Origin: an uncultured bacterium
GTDB taxonomy: Bacteria > Auribacterota > Erginobacteria > Erginobacterales > Erginobacteraceae
DNA: 64,000 nucleotides
Assembly: GCA_963822585.1 (NCBI GenBank)
Contig: CAWGIE010000019.1
Location: 416,001-480,000 of the forward strand
Direction: 5' to 3'
The notes beneath the pieces are model-generated. The model was not told the origin of the DNA and did not search any database. It saw only the letters and a program-made list of their open reading frames with translations. Positions 29,853 through 38,930 of this stretch are shown one piece after another. Positions within the stretch are counted from its first letter, which is position 1, and the number at the start of each line of letters is the position of its first letter. Both the position numbers and the translations under genes were made by a program.

Positions 29853-30122
29853 ATAATAAGACCGGGATTTAACATTGTCTCCTCGAAATGAAACATTGTA
29901 ACGTTTTTACCCCCGATTGCTCATAGAAATTCAATATTCTCATCAACAATCGGAGATAATCAATGCAGTCACATCGATGAAATATTACACTATCGCTGTT
30001 TTGTGGGGCCGCGAAATCTCCAAACAGTAGTGTAGCATACGAAGCAGAGGGGAAAATTTCCCTTACACATTACGCTTCTCACTTTACACTACAAGTTGCG
30101 CCACAGGCGCCAACTTGTTCTA

Positions 30123-31553
30123 ATGAACTTCGCCACCATAGATTTCGGCGTTTTTTTCGCGATCGTACTGACGGTCTACTTCCTCCTTAACCACCGCTGG
30201 CAGAATCGCTTCCTCCTGGTCGCCAGCTACGTCTTCTACGGCTGGTGGGACTGGCGTTTTCTGGGCCTGTTACTTTTGTCGAGCGTGGTGGACTATATCT
30301 GCGGACTCCTGGTCGACCGGGACCGGCATCCTGATTATTCCGCCCGTAAACGCAGGCTGGCTCTCGCCGCCAGCATCGTCACCAACCTGACGATCCTGGG
30401 TTTCTTCAAATATTTCGATTTCTTCGCCCAATCGCTGGTTGCCCTGGCCGCCGAGGTGGGAATCGACCTGCATCTACCCCTATTGCGGATCATCCTTCCA
30501 GTGGGTATCTCCTTCTACACCTTCCAGACCATGAGCTACACCATCGACGTCTACCGGGGACGCCTGCGGGCCACCACCAGCCTCCCCGATCTGATGCTTT
30601 ACGTGAGCCTCTTCACCCAGCTCGTCGCCGGGCCGATCGAACGAGGCGCCCATCTTCTGCCCCAGATCCTCAAACCGCGACACCCCACACTGGACGGTTT
30701 CTACAGCGGGGCGCAGCTCGCCTGCGTGGGCCTGTTCAAGAAACTGGTGATCGCCGACAACATGGCCGTCCTGGTCAACAGCGTTTACGGGCCGGGAGAG
30801 CCCTGCGGAGCGGCCGTGCTCCTGGGGACGTACGCCTTCGCCCTCCAGATCTACTGCGACTTCTCCGCCTATACGGACATCGCCCGGGGCACCGCCCGCA
30901 TGCTCGGTTTCGACATCTGCGTGAATTTCCGCCTCCCCTACCTGGCCACCAACCCGAGCGATTTCTGGCAGCGCTGGCACATCAGCCTCTCGTCCTGGCT
31001 GCGCGACTATCTTTACATCCCGCTGGGGGGCAGCCGGCAGGGACGGCTGAAGACCCTGCGCAACCTGGCGATCACCATGCTGCTGGGCGGCCTCTGGCAC
31101 GGCGCAGCCTGGCACTTCGTCGCCTGGGGCGCTTTCCACGGGATACTCCTGATCGTCTATCGACTGGGGGAGACCCCGCGGCAGGCCCGGGAGCGGACAT
31201 TCGAAGTCCGAACAGGCGTTCGTTTCTGGCTGGCGGTCCTGGTCTTCTTCCACCTGGTCTGTTTCGGATGGGTTCTCTTCCGGGCCGTCGACATGACGCA
31301 CGCGGTCCGGCTGCTGGCGGCAATCGGCGCGGGGACGTTCTGGGAACCGGTCTGCGGCCCCATGCTGCTGATGGTTGCGGCGGCCGGGATTCCCCTGGCC
31401 GGGTTCCAGATTTATCAGTATTACCGCCGGTCACCCGAGCCGTGGACAGGATGGCCGTGGCTGGTCCGGACCGGTTTTTACGCGGCACTCTTCTACGGCA
31501 TCGTTCTCTTCGGAGCACCGGGAAACAATGACTTTATTTATTTTCAATTTTAA
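30123..31553 (+). CDS. MBOAT family O-acyltransferase (AlgI/DltB-like)
   Basis: LPVGISFYTFQTMSY, QLVAGPIER, QIYCDFSAY, FWQRWHISLSSWLRDYLYIPLGG, GLWHGA; ends FIYFQF. Confidence 0.95.
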   Translation: MNFATIDFGVFFAIVLTVYFLLNHRWQNRFLLVASYVFYGWWDWRFLGLLLLSSVVDYICGLLVDRDRHPDYSARKRRLALAASIVTNLTILGFFKYFDFFAQSLVALAAEVGIDLHLPLLRIILPVGISFYTFQTMSYTIDVYRGRLRATTSLPDLMLYVSLFTQLVAGPIERGAHLLPQILKPRHPTLDGFYSGAQLACVGLFKKLVIADNMAVLVNSVYGPGEPCGAAVLLGTYAFALQIYCDFSAYTDIARGTARMLGFDICVNFRLPYLATNPSDFWQRWHISLSSWLRDYLYIPLGGSRQGRLKTLRNLAITMLLGGLWHGAAWHFVAWGAFHGILLIVYRLGETPRQARERTFEVRTGVRFWLAVLVFFHLVCFGWVLFRAVDMTHAVRLLAAIGAGTFWEPVCGPMLLMVAAAGIPLAGFQIYQYYRRSPEPWTGWPWLVRTGFYAALFYGIVLFGAPGNNDFIYFQF

Positions 31554-32598
31554 AGCTGTCTTTAAGAACCTCGGCCGGCGGCGCTGGCCCGGCGCCATGT
31601 TGGCGGCAGCCGGAATAATCCTGGTCGTTGAACTGGTCGTGGGCTTCCTCCCGCATCCCGCTCACAAGGACCTGGTGCGCCACCGGCTCTACCATCCCAA
31701 TGTGACGCCCGACATCGCCGAGAGCATCGTCCAATGGCAGGTGGCGCACGCGACCCTGGTGGGGGAACAGCAGGATCTTATCTTATTGGGCGACAGTGCC
31801 TGCCTGGTCGGCCTGGAGTCTAACCTGATCATGGAGAAGACCGGGCTTACCACCTGGAACCTGGGGACTTTTGGGTTCATCTACACCACCGGACAGGCGG
31901 ATATCCTGGGACTCTTCATCAAGCGCAACGGCCCCCCCCGGTTCCTGATCTACCACACCTCCCACTATTCCTTCACGGCCGGCAGCGACAAGAAGGCCGT
32001 CCGGACCTGGGTCGGGCGTTTGCGGGAATGGCTGACCCCGCACGAAACCGCCCGCTACCTGCTCCCCAGCCTCCGTTACCGGCAACAGATCAGAAACTCC
32101 ATCCTGGCGATGGGAAAAAAGACCGTCTCCTACACGGGTCTGGATGTGCCCCGGGGAAGGTTCGCGTCGGATAACGAGATCCGGCAGCAGCTCTGGGAGA
32201 ATCGGGGAGCACTGCCTGATCCCAAGGAGGTCGATCTGGTGGAGGAGCTGGGGGAGAACCTGGTCTGGGAACCCCGGTTCAACCCGGACTGCGTGGAGGG
32301 GCTAAAGCGGATATTTGAGATGGGCCGGGAGTACGGCTTCCCGATCCTGATCCTTTTCAACCCGCTGCCCGAACAGGGGAGGACTCCGGCGGTGATGGCG
32401 GCAATGGACAAGCTGGAGGCGGACCTGAAAGCGGCGGTCAAGCCCTACCCGTGGGTGAGGGTCTATGAGCCCTTCACGCGCTTCTACCCCAACGACCATT
32501 GCATTGACATGCGCCACGTCAATGTCTATGGCGCCCACCGCAACACCGAGGAGATCATAGAATGGATCCGGGCCAATTGGCTCGGGAGTGTCAACTGA
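31528..32598 (+). CDS. Membrane-anchored periplasmic partner of the MBOAT (AlgJ/DltD-like SGNH-type)
   Basis: One N-terminal TM; LLGDS motif; C-terminal DMRH (DxxH); overlaps the MBOAT 3' end. Confidence 0.7.
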   Translation: MTLFIFNFKAVFKNLGRRRWPGAMLAAAGIILVVELVVGFLPHPAHKDLVRHRLYHPNVTPDIAESIVQWQVAHATLVGEQQDLILLGDSACLVGLESNLIMEKTGLTTWNLGTFGFIYTTGQADILGLFIKRNGPPRFLIYHTSHYSFTAGSDKKAVRTWVGRLREWLTPHETARYLLPSLRYRQQIRNSILAMGKKTVSYTGLDVPRGRFASDNEIRQQLWENRGALPDPKEVDLVEELGENLVWEPRFNPDCVEGLKRIFEMGREYGFPILILFNPLPEQGRTPAVMAAMDKLEADLKAAVKPYPWVRVYEPFTRFYPNDHCIDMRHVNVYGAHRNTEEIIEWIRANWLGSVN

Positions 32599-32628
32599 TC
32601 GGATGATGCTGTCATAAAAGAACCTTCA

Positions 32629-32699
32629 TCTCCCCGCATAGCATATAACCGGACAAATTATGGACGATCGTCCATAATATGTCCGGTTATGCGGGGAGA
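32629..32699. repeat. Long palindrome between convergent genes
   Basis: ATAACCGGACAAATTATGGACGA|TCGTCCATAATATGTCCGGTTAT plus outer TCTCCCCGCATA / TATGCGGGGAGA arms. Confidence 0.8.
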
Positions 32700-32733
32700 A
32701 GCTTGATTCACCCGATTCTCCAATCCCTATTCC

Positions 32734-33459
32734 CTACCTGGTTACCGGTATATCCCCGCTGCTGCCGTAATAAACCCGGCTCACTCCCTTGACCGCCCAG
32801 AGGCCGGTGGGACCGCGGAAGATGCCAACGTCATCGGTGCCGTCGCCATCGTAGTCGGCCGGGGCCGGGAGGTCTGCTGAACCGCCGAAATAAAAGCGGC
32901 TCACACCCCGAAGCGCCCATAACCCGGAGGCGGACCGGAAGATACCGACTTCCCGGAAGCCGTTCCCGTCATAGTCTCCCGGTACCGGGTCGTCTTGGGA
33001 GGAACCGAAGTAGAAGCGGCTGATCCCCCGGAGTGCCCACACGCCTGAGCTTTCCCGAAAAATGCCCGGTACAGCCGTGCCGTCTCCATTATAATCTCCG
33101 GGGACCGGACGGTCGCCGGGGGAACCGAAATAAACGCGTGTCACCCCCCTGATCGCCCAGTGGCCGTTGCTTTCACGAAATACGCCCATGTCACAGGAAC
33201 CGTCACCGTCATAGTCGCCGGGGACCGGCGTGTCGAGAGAGGAGCCGAAGTAAGCCCGGGTGACGTCCTTTACCGCCCAGAGGCCCAAACTCCCCCGGTA
33301 GAGAGAGATATCGGTGGTTCCGTCGCCGTCGTAATCACCGGAGACCGGAACGTCCCCGGAGTCTCCCCCCATGTAGGTCCGGGTCACGCCCCGAACCGCC
33401 CAGAAGCCGGAAACCGCCCGGAAGATCGCGATATCGTCCGTCCCGTCCCCGTTGTAGTC
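32734..33459 (-). repeat. Shared C-terminal domain, copy 3
   Basis: DYNGDGTDDIAIFRAVSGFWAVRGVTRTY... x6, ends DIPVTR. Confidence 0.92.
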
Positions 33460-34782
33460 GGCCGCCGCCAGGACCGGGGGAGCAGGGGTCGGGGTCGGTT
33501 CGGCGCTTTCCCCGCCGGACCGTACGCAGCGGACATAGTTGAAGACCCGCTGTAAGTCCCCCTGAGGGCCATGCCCCCAGGACGGGTAATCGGCCGGATC
33601 GCCATCCTTGGGATCGCCGCGCTGACATCCGGCACCATGCACATCGATGACATTAACCCCATCCATCGATCCCAGTCCCCGCCCGAAGGCGATGTAGACT
33701 CCGGCGCCCCCAGTGCCGCCCTGGCGGATGTGGGTGGTGCCGGTCCAGTAAAACGGATAGTCGATATCCCCGGCTACGTTGATGATCGCCGTCGATGAAA
33801 AAAGCGGGTCAATGGCGGCGCTTCCCGTCGTATCCGGCGATCGGGAATAATCGACAATGCTCTGAAGTTCCTTGGCGTTAGGGAGCCGCCAGTCGTCATA
33901 CCCGGCGTATTCCAGGTCTTCCGCCCAGGCCAGGGCATCCTCCCAGTTCATCCTCCCGTCTCCGAACGGGCCGGCGCCGAAAGCGCCGCTGTCCGTCTGC
34001 ATCCATATTAAGCCGGTGGCCTTGTCGGTAATTGTCCCGTCGCCGTTATCGATGAAATCGTTCACCCCGTAGTCGGAGTTCCCGCGGCAGAAGCGGGCGT
34101 AAAAGGTCTTGCAACTTCCGTCCGGATTTCTGTCCGCGGGGTAGCCCTTGATCCGGCCGTCGGCGAAGTTCACGCCGAACATGGCCGTTCTGTTGCCAAA
34201 CACGGTACCGACGTACAGGGTGTTGGTCACCCACTGCGAATCGATAATGCGTTCTCCGGCAGCCGTATCTCCATAGGTGAATTTGAAGTAGTCAGTATCT
34301 ATATAAGGGGTGAGCAGGGAAGGGTCATTCCCGCTCACGTTGGGGTCCGTACCCCTGAAATCCATCAGCGAATACAGTTCCTTGATGGTGGGTGCCCGCC
34401 AGTCGCTGTAGCCGCCGTAGTTTTGGGAGTTGAGCGTGGCGGGGTAGTCCTGGGCTTCGGAGTAGGTCAGCTTGTCGTCAACGTCGATCTTCCCGTCGCC
34501 GTTCAAATCCGGGTCCCGTACCCAGGTCAGGCCGGTGTTGTTGTCATGGACGGTCAGGCCGTCCCCGCTGAGCGTGTAGCTGGGCTGGGTGCCGTGATAT
34601 TGGGCATCCTGCCCGTAATAACTCTCGCCGGGATCGGGACAGCTGATGGCCGCGAAATCGTCGAAGCAGGTTGCCTGGCTGGTGTCCACCACGATGTAGG
34701 CCCCCGGGGCCCCGGGCGCCGCCCGGAGCCCCGCCAATCCGATGATCACGACCGCGATCCGTTTGATCCTTCCGGCATTCAT
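32734..34782 (-). CDS. Secreted DUF1566 (Lcl-C) domain protein with the shared C-terminal domain
   Basis: YYGQDAQY, DNNTGLTW, WRAPTIKEL, DNGDGTITDKATGLIW, WRLPNAKELQSIVDY, YVRCVR; PTPTP linker; ends PVTR. Confidence 0.88.
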   Translation of the reverse strand: MNAGRIKRIAVVIIGLAGLRAAPGAPGAYIVVDTSQATCFDDFAAISCPDPGESYYGQDAQYHGTQPSYTLSGDGLTVHDNNTGLTWVRDPDLNGDGKIDVDDKLTYSEAQDYPATLNSQNYGGYSDWRAPTIKELYSLMDFRGTDPNVSGNDPSLLTPYIDTDYFKFTYGDTAAGERIIDSQWVTNTLYVGTVFGNRTAMFGVNFADGRIKGYPADRNPDGSCKTFYARFCRGNSDYGVNDFIDNGDGTITDKATGLIWMQTDSGAFGAGPFGDGRMNWEDALAWAEDLEYAGYDDWRLPNAKELQSIVDYSRSPDTTGSAAIDPLFSSTAIINVAGDIDYPFYWTGTTHIRQGGTGGAGVYIAFGRGLGSMDGVNVIDVHGAGCQRGDPKDGDPADYPSWGHGPQGDLQRVFNYVRCVRSGGESAEPTPTPAPPVLAAADYNGDGTDDIAIFRAVSGFWAVRGVTRTYMGGDSGDVPVSGDYDGDGTTDISLYRGSLGLWAVKDVTRAYFGSSLDTPVPGDYDGDGSCDMGVFRESNGHWAIRGVTRVYFGSPGDRPVPGDYNGDGTAVPGIFRESSGVWALRGISRFYFGSSQDDPVPGDYDGNGFREVGIFRSASGLWALRGVSRFYFGGSADLPAPADYDGDGTDDVGIFRGPTGLWAVKGVSRVYYGSSGDIPVTR

Positions 34783-34784
34783 GA

Positions 34785-35114
34785 TTAGTTCCCCCAATTC
34801 CCTCCTTGGCCTCCACCAGACCTCTGGCCTCCACCACGAGGGCCCTGCTGCATCATCATCCGGTGATGCGTCTCCATCTCTTCCTCGGAGACATACCCAT
34901 CCCCGTTGGTGTCAATCTCCGAGAACCGTTCGGTCTGGTGGACGATCCACTCCTGCTCGGAGATCTGCCCGTCACCGTCAGTGTCTATCATTGTGAAGGG
35001 TCCTTTACCCCCGGGACCGCGGCCGGATCCTCCAGGCCCCTGCTGGGCGCGAAGAGGTGCGGCCGCGATTATGAGCGCCGCCAGTCCCGTCATCGTTATT
35101 GTCAGTACTTTCAT
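34785..35114 (-). CDS. Small secreted EF-hand protein with Gly-rich tails
   Basis: Signal peptide; DTDGDGQISEQE and DTNGDGYVSEEE. Confidence 0.82.
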   Translation of the reverse strand: MKVLTITMTGLAALIIAAAPLRAQQGPGGSGRGPGGKGPFTMIDTDGDGQISEQEWIVHQTERFSEIDTNGDGYVSEEEMETHHRMMMQQGPRGGGQRSGGGQGGNWGN

Positions 35115-35872
35115 TCTGTCTCCTCCTTTTTCTTTCGAGCGGCCGGGCCGCTCCGGTTTGCATCGTCCGGTCTGCGCCGGTGATCTTCACTCCATTCGGC
35201 TTCGGAAACGTATCCGTCACCGTCAAGGTCGATCTCCGTCCGGAACATTTCCCGGTGATGTTCGACCCACTCGTCTACTGAAATTTTCCCGTCACCGTCG
35301 GCATCCTGCCGAATCGCCGGGCTTCTCCCCGGTATTCTTTCTTGCGGAGGCGGGCGCCGGGCCTCCCGGCGATTCTCGATGGAAGGGTCATGAGGATCCG
35401 GCGGTTTCAAGATATGCAGAAGCTCTCGCATCAATCCGTCAAACCGCTCAGCCTGCTGGGGGGTGCAGAGGGCCTTGATCTTTTTCAAGTGAGAATAAGT
35501 CAACCGCGACCGGGACGCCTCGATCTCCCCGATTTTCCCGGCCAGCGCATCCACCGAACCCCCATCAGGGGACGTTTTCAAAAGCTCGTCCATCATCCGC
35601 CGTTTCAGGTCGTCGATCTGGTCCTGGAGCGCGCTCATCTGATTCATGTGGCGCGACTGGAGGCTTTCCAGCTTCTTCTTTCGCACGCCGTCGAAGCCCA
35701 TCTCCCGTTCCAGGAAATCGCGGGCTCGGGCCGGAGGTCCTCCGCCGGGGGGACGGTTCCCTCCCGGACGACCGAGATGGTTCATCCAGAGTGTCGCCAG
35801 CGTTCCCAGGTTGAGAACAATTAGAATAACGACCGACCAGGCGAGCACCCGCTGTTTCGCAAAGAAGTCCAT
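35111..35872 (-). CDS. Spy/CpxP/ZraP-like periplasmic protein with two added C-terminal EF-hands
   Basis: TM anchor LIVLNLGTLATLW; helical region ending LCTPQQAERF; DADGDGKISVDE and DLDGDGYVSEAE. Confidence 0.78.
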   Translation of the reverse strand: MDFFAKQRVLAWSVVILIVLNLGTLATLWMNHLGRPGGNRPPGGGPPARARDFLEREMGFDGVRKKKLESLQSRHMNQMSALQDQIDDLKRRMMDELLKTSPDGGSVDALAGKIGEIEASRSRLTYSHLKKIKALCTPQQAERFDGLMRELLHILKPPDPHDPSIENRREARRPPPQERIPGRSPAIRQDADGDGKISVDEWVEHHREMFRTEIDLDGDGYVSEAEWSEDHRRRPDDANRSGPAARKKKEETE

Positions 35873-35876
35873 GTGA

Positions 35877-36221
35877 TTATCCGATGATGGTGCCGGTTCC
35901 ATTGGTTTCCTGAATCAGGTGGTATTCCCGGGCCAGGGCAGACAATCTTTCCTCCCGGGTCTCCGACTCCGGCGAGTTACCCCTGGAGAGGAGGGCCGCC
36001 GCGCAGAGGTTAAAAACAAGAAGACAGGCCAGCAGTGCCGGCAAGGGAACGCCCAGGGTGAAGATACGAGCCGCGAACGATCTTCCGGCGGGAGGGAAGC
36101 GTTCAAACCGCGCTTCCAGGCGTGTGTAAAAGTAAGGGGAGGGTTCGATGGTCTCAAGGCGCTGGAAACATCCGAGCGTCTCTGCGATTTCCTCTTCGAT
36201 TCTGTCTTTTTCGGCGGTCAT
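35877..36221 (-). CDS. Putative single-TM anti-sigma factor, copy 2
   Basis: IEPSPYFYTRLEAR, TM helix, LSALAREY; paralog of 37077..37421. Confidence 0.72.
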   Translation of the reverse strand: MTAEKDRIEEEIAETLGCFQRLETIEPSPYFYTRLEARFERFPPAGRSFAARIFTLGVPLPALLACLLVFNLCAAALLSRGNSPESETREERLSALAREYHLIQETNGTGTIIG

Positions 36222-36505
36222 CCCATCTCCTCGCGATTATGTTCGTCACTATTTCTGACGACATCCCCGGGAAAATCCTGCGGTAAAATATTATTTTTTT
36301 ACCGGGAGCGCGGGGAATAATACCGGCGGCGATAAATGAGGGCCTTGGTATGAGGATGGGAAGAAAAGAAGATAACCGCCGGCGCGAGCTTCGTCGGGAA
36401 TATCGCCGGCGCAACGCAGGCGAGAAAAACAAGGGGCTACATGTCCGAGATGCCAACCTTACAGAGAATAGTACTGCTTCATCGCGGTCGGCTTGCTGCC
36501 GGGGT

Positions 36506-37072
36506 TTATAATGCCCCCGATCCCGGTCGAGACGGCCTGTTGCCGCCGGGCGGCGGGAAACGGCCGTCGGGCCGATCTCCCGGATGACCGGAAGGATTCG
36601 GCGGTTTCATGATCCTTAAAAGTTCACGGACCAGCCCGGCGAACCGTTCACGTTGTTCGGGTGTACAGAGGTCTTTAATCTCTCCCAGGTGCGTATAGAC
36701 CAGACGGGCCTTTCGCGCCTCGATCTCACCGACCTCGCCGGCCAGGTGCTCGATCCGTCTTGAATCGGAGGATGAATTCAGCAGCTGGTCCATCATCCCC
36801 CGTTTCAGAGCGTCGATTTTTCCCTGAAGGGCGTCCATCTGCGACACCTGCCGGGCCTGGAGATCGGCCAGCTCCTTTTTCTGATCTTCGCTGAACCCCA
36901 GTTCCCGGCTGAGGAAATCACGCGCCCGGGCGGGTGGGCCGAGTTCCGGACGGGAAATCGGGGACGGCTGCTGAAGTTGCCGGATCCACAGTGTTGCCAG
37001 GGTGCCGAGGTTGAGGACGATGAGAATAACGATGGCCCAGGCGATGAACCGTTGTTTCGAGAAGAAGTCCAT
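36506..37072 (-). CDS. Spy/CpxP/ZraP-like periplasmic protein, copy 1
   Basis: MDFFSKQR...LNLGTLATLW, ELGFSEDQ, LCTPEQRERF. Confidence 0.8.
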   Translation of the reverse strand: MDFFSKQRFIAWAIVILIVLNLGTLATLWIRQLQQPSPISRPELGPPARARDFLSRELGFSEDQKKELADLQARQVSQMDALQGKIDALKRGMMDQLLNSSSDSRRIEHLAGEVGEIEARKARLVYTHLGEIKDLCTPEQRERFAGLVRELLRIMKPPNPSGHPGDRPDGRFPPPGGNRPSRPGSGAL

Positions 37073-37076
37073 GGGA

Positions 37077-37421
37077 TTATCCTCTGTTCTTTGTTATTTC
37101 AGTATCGGTTTGAATCAGCCCGTATTCCCGGGCCAGGGCAGCCAGGTTCTCTTCCCTGTCTGCCGTTCCCGACGAACCGCTCCGGAAGAGGAAAATCGCG
37201 GCGCAAACATTCACGATGATGAGGCACGTTATCAATGCCGGCTGGAGCAGCCCCCTGCTGAACACCCGGGCGGGGACGGCCTGTCCGTCACGAGCCGCAT
37301 TCTCGAGACGCCGTTCCAGGCGGTCATAAAAGAAGGGTGAAGGACCGATGGTTTCAAGTTCATCGAAACACGCGAGCGTCCGATCGACCGCGCGCCCGAT
37401 TCTGTCTTTTATCTCGTTCAT
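37077..37421 (-). CDS. Putative single-TM anti-sigma factor, copy 1
   Basis: IGPSPFFYDRLERR, TM helix, LAALAREY; directly after the ECF sigma gene. Confidence 0.72.
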   Translation of the reverse strand: MNEIKDRIGRAVDRTLACFDELETIGPSPFFYDRLERRLENAARDGQAVPARVFSRGLLQPALITCLIIVNVCAAIFLFRSGSSGTADREENLAALAREYGLIQTDTEITKNRG

Positions 37422-37455
37422 CTTTTTCTCTCCTTGTGGCTTAAGAGTCTCGCCG

Positions 37456-38043
37456 TCAGACATGATTTTTCTCGTAGTGCCGGGTGAGTCTTTTTCGCAG
37501 GTTCCGCTTGGCCCGATGAATCAGGGACTCGACCGCGGACACGGATGTTCCCAGTATCCCGGCGATCTCCTGTTGGCTCAAGCCGTCGTATTTACTCAGG
37601 GTGACGGCGATCCGCTGGTTTTCGGGCAGCGTATCCAGAGCCTGCCGGAGGACCTGGAGGCGATCCTTTTTTTCAGCCTCGGCATCGGGATACGTCGACG
37701 CCGGCGCGGGGATGTCCAGCGGGGGGTCTCCGGAACCGATGAGATTTTTCAGGACACCGAACCGTTTCTTCCGGCTCTGTTTCCGAATAAAGTCCAACGA
37801 CTTGGAAACGGCGATCCGGTAGATCCAGGTGGAGAGCTGAGCCTGTCCCCGGAAATGGGAAATAGAACGGTGGACCTCAATAAAGACCTCCTGGGCCAGA
37901 TCTTCGGCGTCCTGGCGATTGGTGACGAGCCGGTAGCAGATGTTCAGAACCCTTTCCTGCTGGAGCGCCACCAGTTCTTTAAACGCGGACGGATGACCTG
38001 CTTTCAATTCGCGCAGTAATGAGTTATCTCCGGCGGCGGTCAT
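37456..38043 (-). CDS. ECF RNA polymerase sigma-70 factor
   Basis: DAEDLAQEVF, STWIYRIAV, LDTLPENQR, EIAGILG, VESLIHRAK. Confidence 0.93.
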   Translation of the reverse strand: MTAAGDNSLLRELKAGHPSAFKELVALQQERVLNICYRLVTNRQDAEDLAQEVFIEVHRSISHFRGQAQLSTWIYRIAVSKSLDFIRKQSRKKRFGVLKNLIGSGDPPLDIPAPASTYPDAEAEKKDRLQVLRQALDTLPENQRIAVTLSKYDGLSQQEIAGILGTSVSAVESLIHRAKRNLRKRLTRHYEKNHV

Positions 38044-38165
38044 GCTGATCTGTCATCTTTCGAAATAAGACGATCTTGTTATCTCCCCGATTTTCAGCCA
38101 ACTCCCCCGTCCTTGATCCCGACTGTCATTGGACTTTACTTTATTTATCAAAGTAATTACAGTCC

Positions 38166-38219
38166 CTGTTTCGGAATTTCGCTGGCCGGATTTATCCGGC
38201 CCGCGAAATTCCGAAACAG
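38166..38219. repeat. Long near-perfect palindrome in a divergent intergenic region
   Basis: CTGTTTCGGAATTTCGCTGGCCGGAT-TT-ATCCGGCCCGCGAAATTCCGAAACAG. Confidence 0.8.
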
Positions 38220-38468
38220 ACGAAAAAGAAACCAAAACAATATACCCGATAACCGTCGGAGGGCGGTGCTTGGCCGGGCGCACTCATTTCGTTCGCTCCT
38301 CTCATGACTTGCAAAACCGGCTGCGTTTTGAAGGCAGCTTTTTTTGAATACCGGGGCGGGAAAAAGATATTCATTTAACTTCAAAATGAGCGTAAAGTTT
38401 ATTCAAGTGTTCTTTGCCTTTATATAGGGGGGGCTGAGATCGTCCTCCATCGAAACAGGAGAAAAACA

Positions 38469-38927
38469 ATGAAAATATCAGATTTTCTCAGGGAGAAAAG
38501 AATTTTGCTCAATTTAGAAGCATCAAACAAAGAAGAGGCGATTAAGGAGCTGGGGGAACTTTTACGAGACGCGGACGAAATATCTGATTTTGATTTGTTT
38601 CTCAAGCATGTTTTCGAACGAGAGAACTTAAATACTACCGGTATCGGTAATAATGTGGCCATTCCTCACGCGCGGACGGACACGGTAAAAAAGTTTGTCG
38701 TCGCATTTGGAAGGTCTCCTCAGGGGATAGAATTCAATTCCGTTGATAACAAGCCCGCAAAGTTCATCTTTTTAATGGGAACGCCCATGGCAAAAGGATT
38801 AAACAAATATTTAAAAATACTGGCATACCTGACTCGGCTGTTGAATAAAAAAGCTTTTCAGGAAGGCCTTTTGAAAGCTTCCAGTCCGCAAGAGATCATA
38901 GAGAATTTTAAAATCATCGAGCATTAA
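38469..38927 (+). CDS. Stand-alone PTS EIIA (Ntr/Fru-type) protein
   Basis: RENLNTTGIGNNVAIPHAR, GRSPQGIEFNSVD. Confidence 0.92.
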   Translation: MKISDFLREKRILLNLEASNKEEAIKELGELLRDADEISDFDLFLKHVFERENLNTTGIGNNVAIPHARTDTVKKFVVAFGRSPQGIEFNSVDNKPAKFIFLMGTPMAKGLNKYLKILAYLTRLLNKKAFQEGLLKASSPQEIIENFKIIEH

Positions 38928-38930
38928 AAT

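Noticed and set aside
36250..36300. Shared ECF promoter (CGTC -10) upstream of 36221, 38043 and 3435
   Set aside because: The CGTC cores are present but no consistent -35 element could be aligned by eye.
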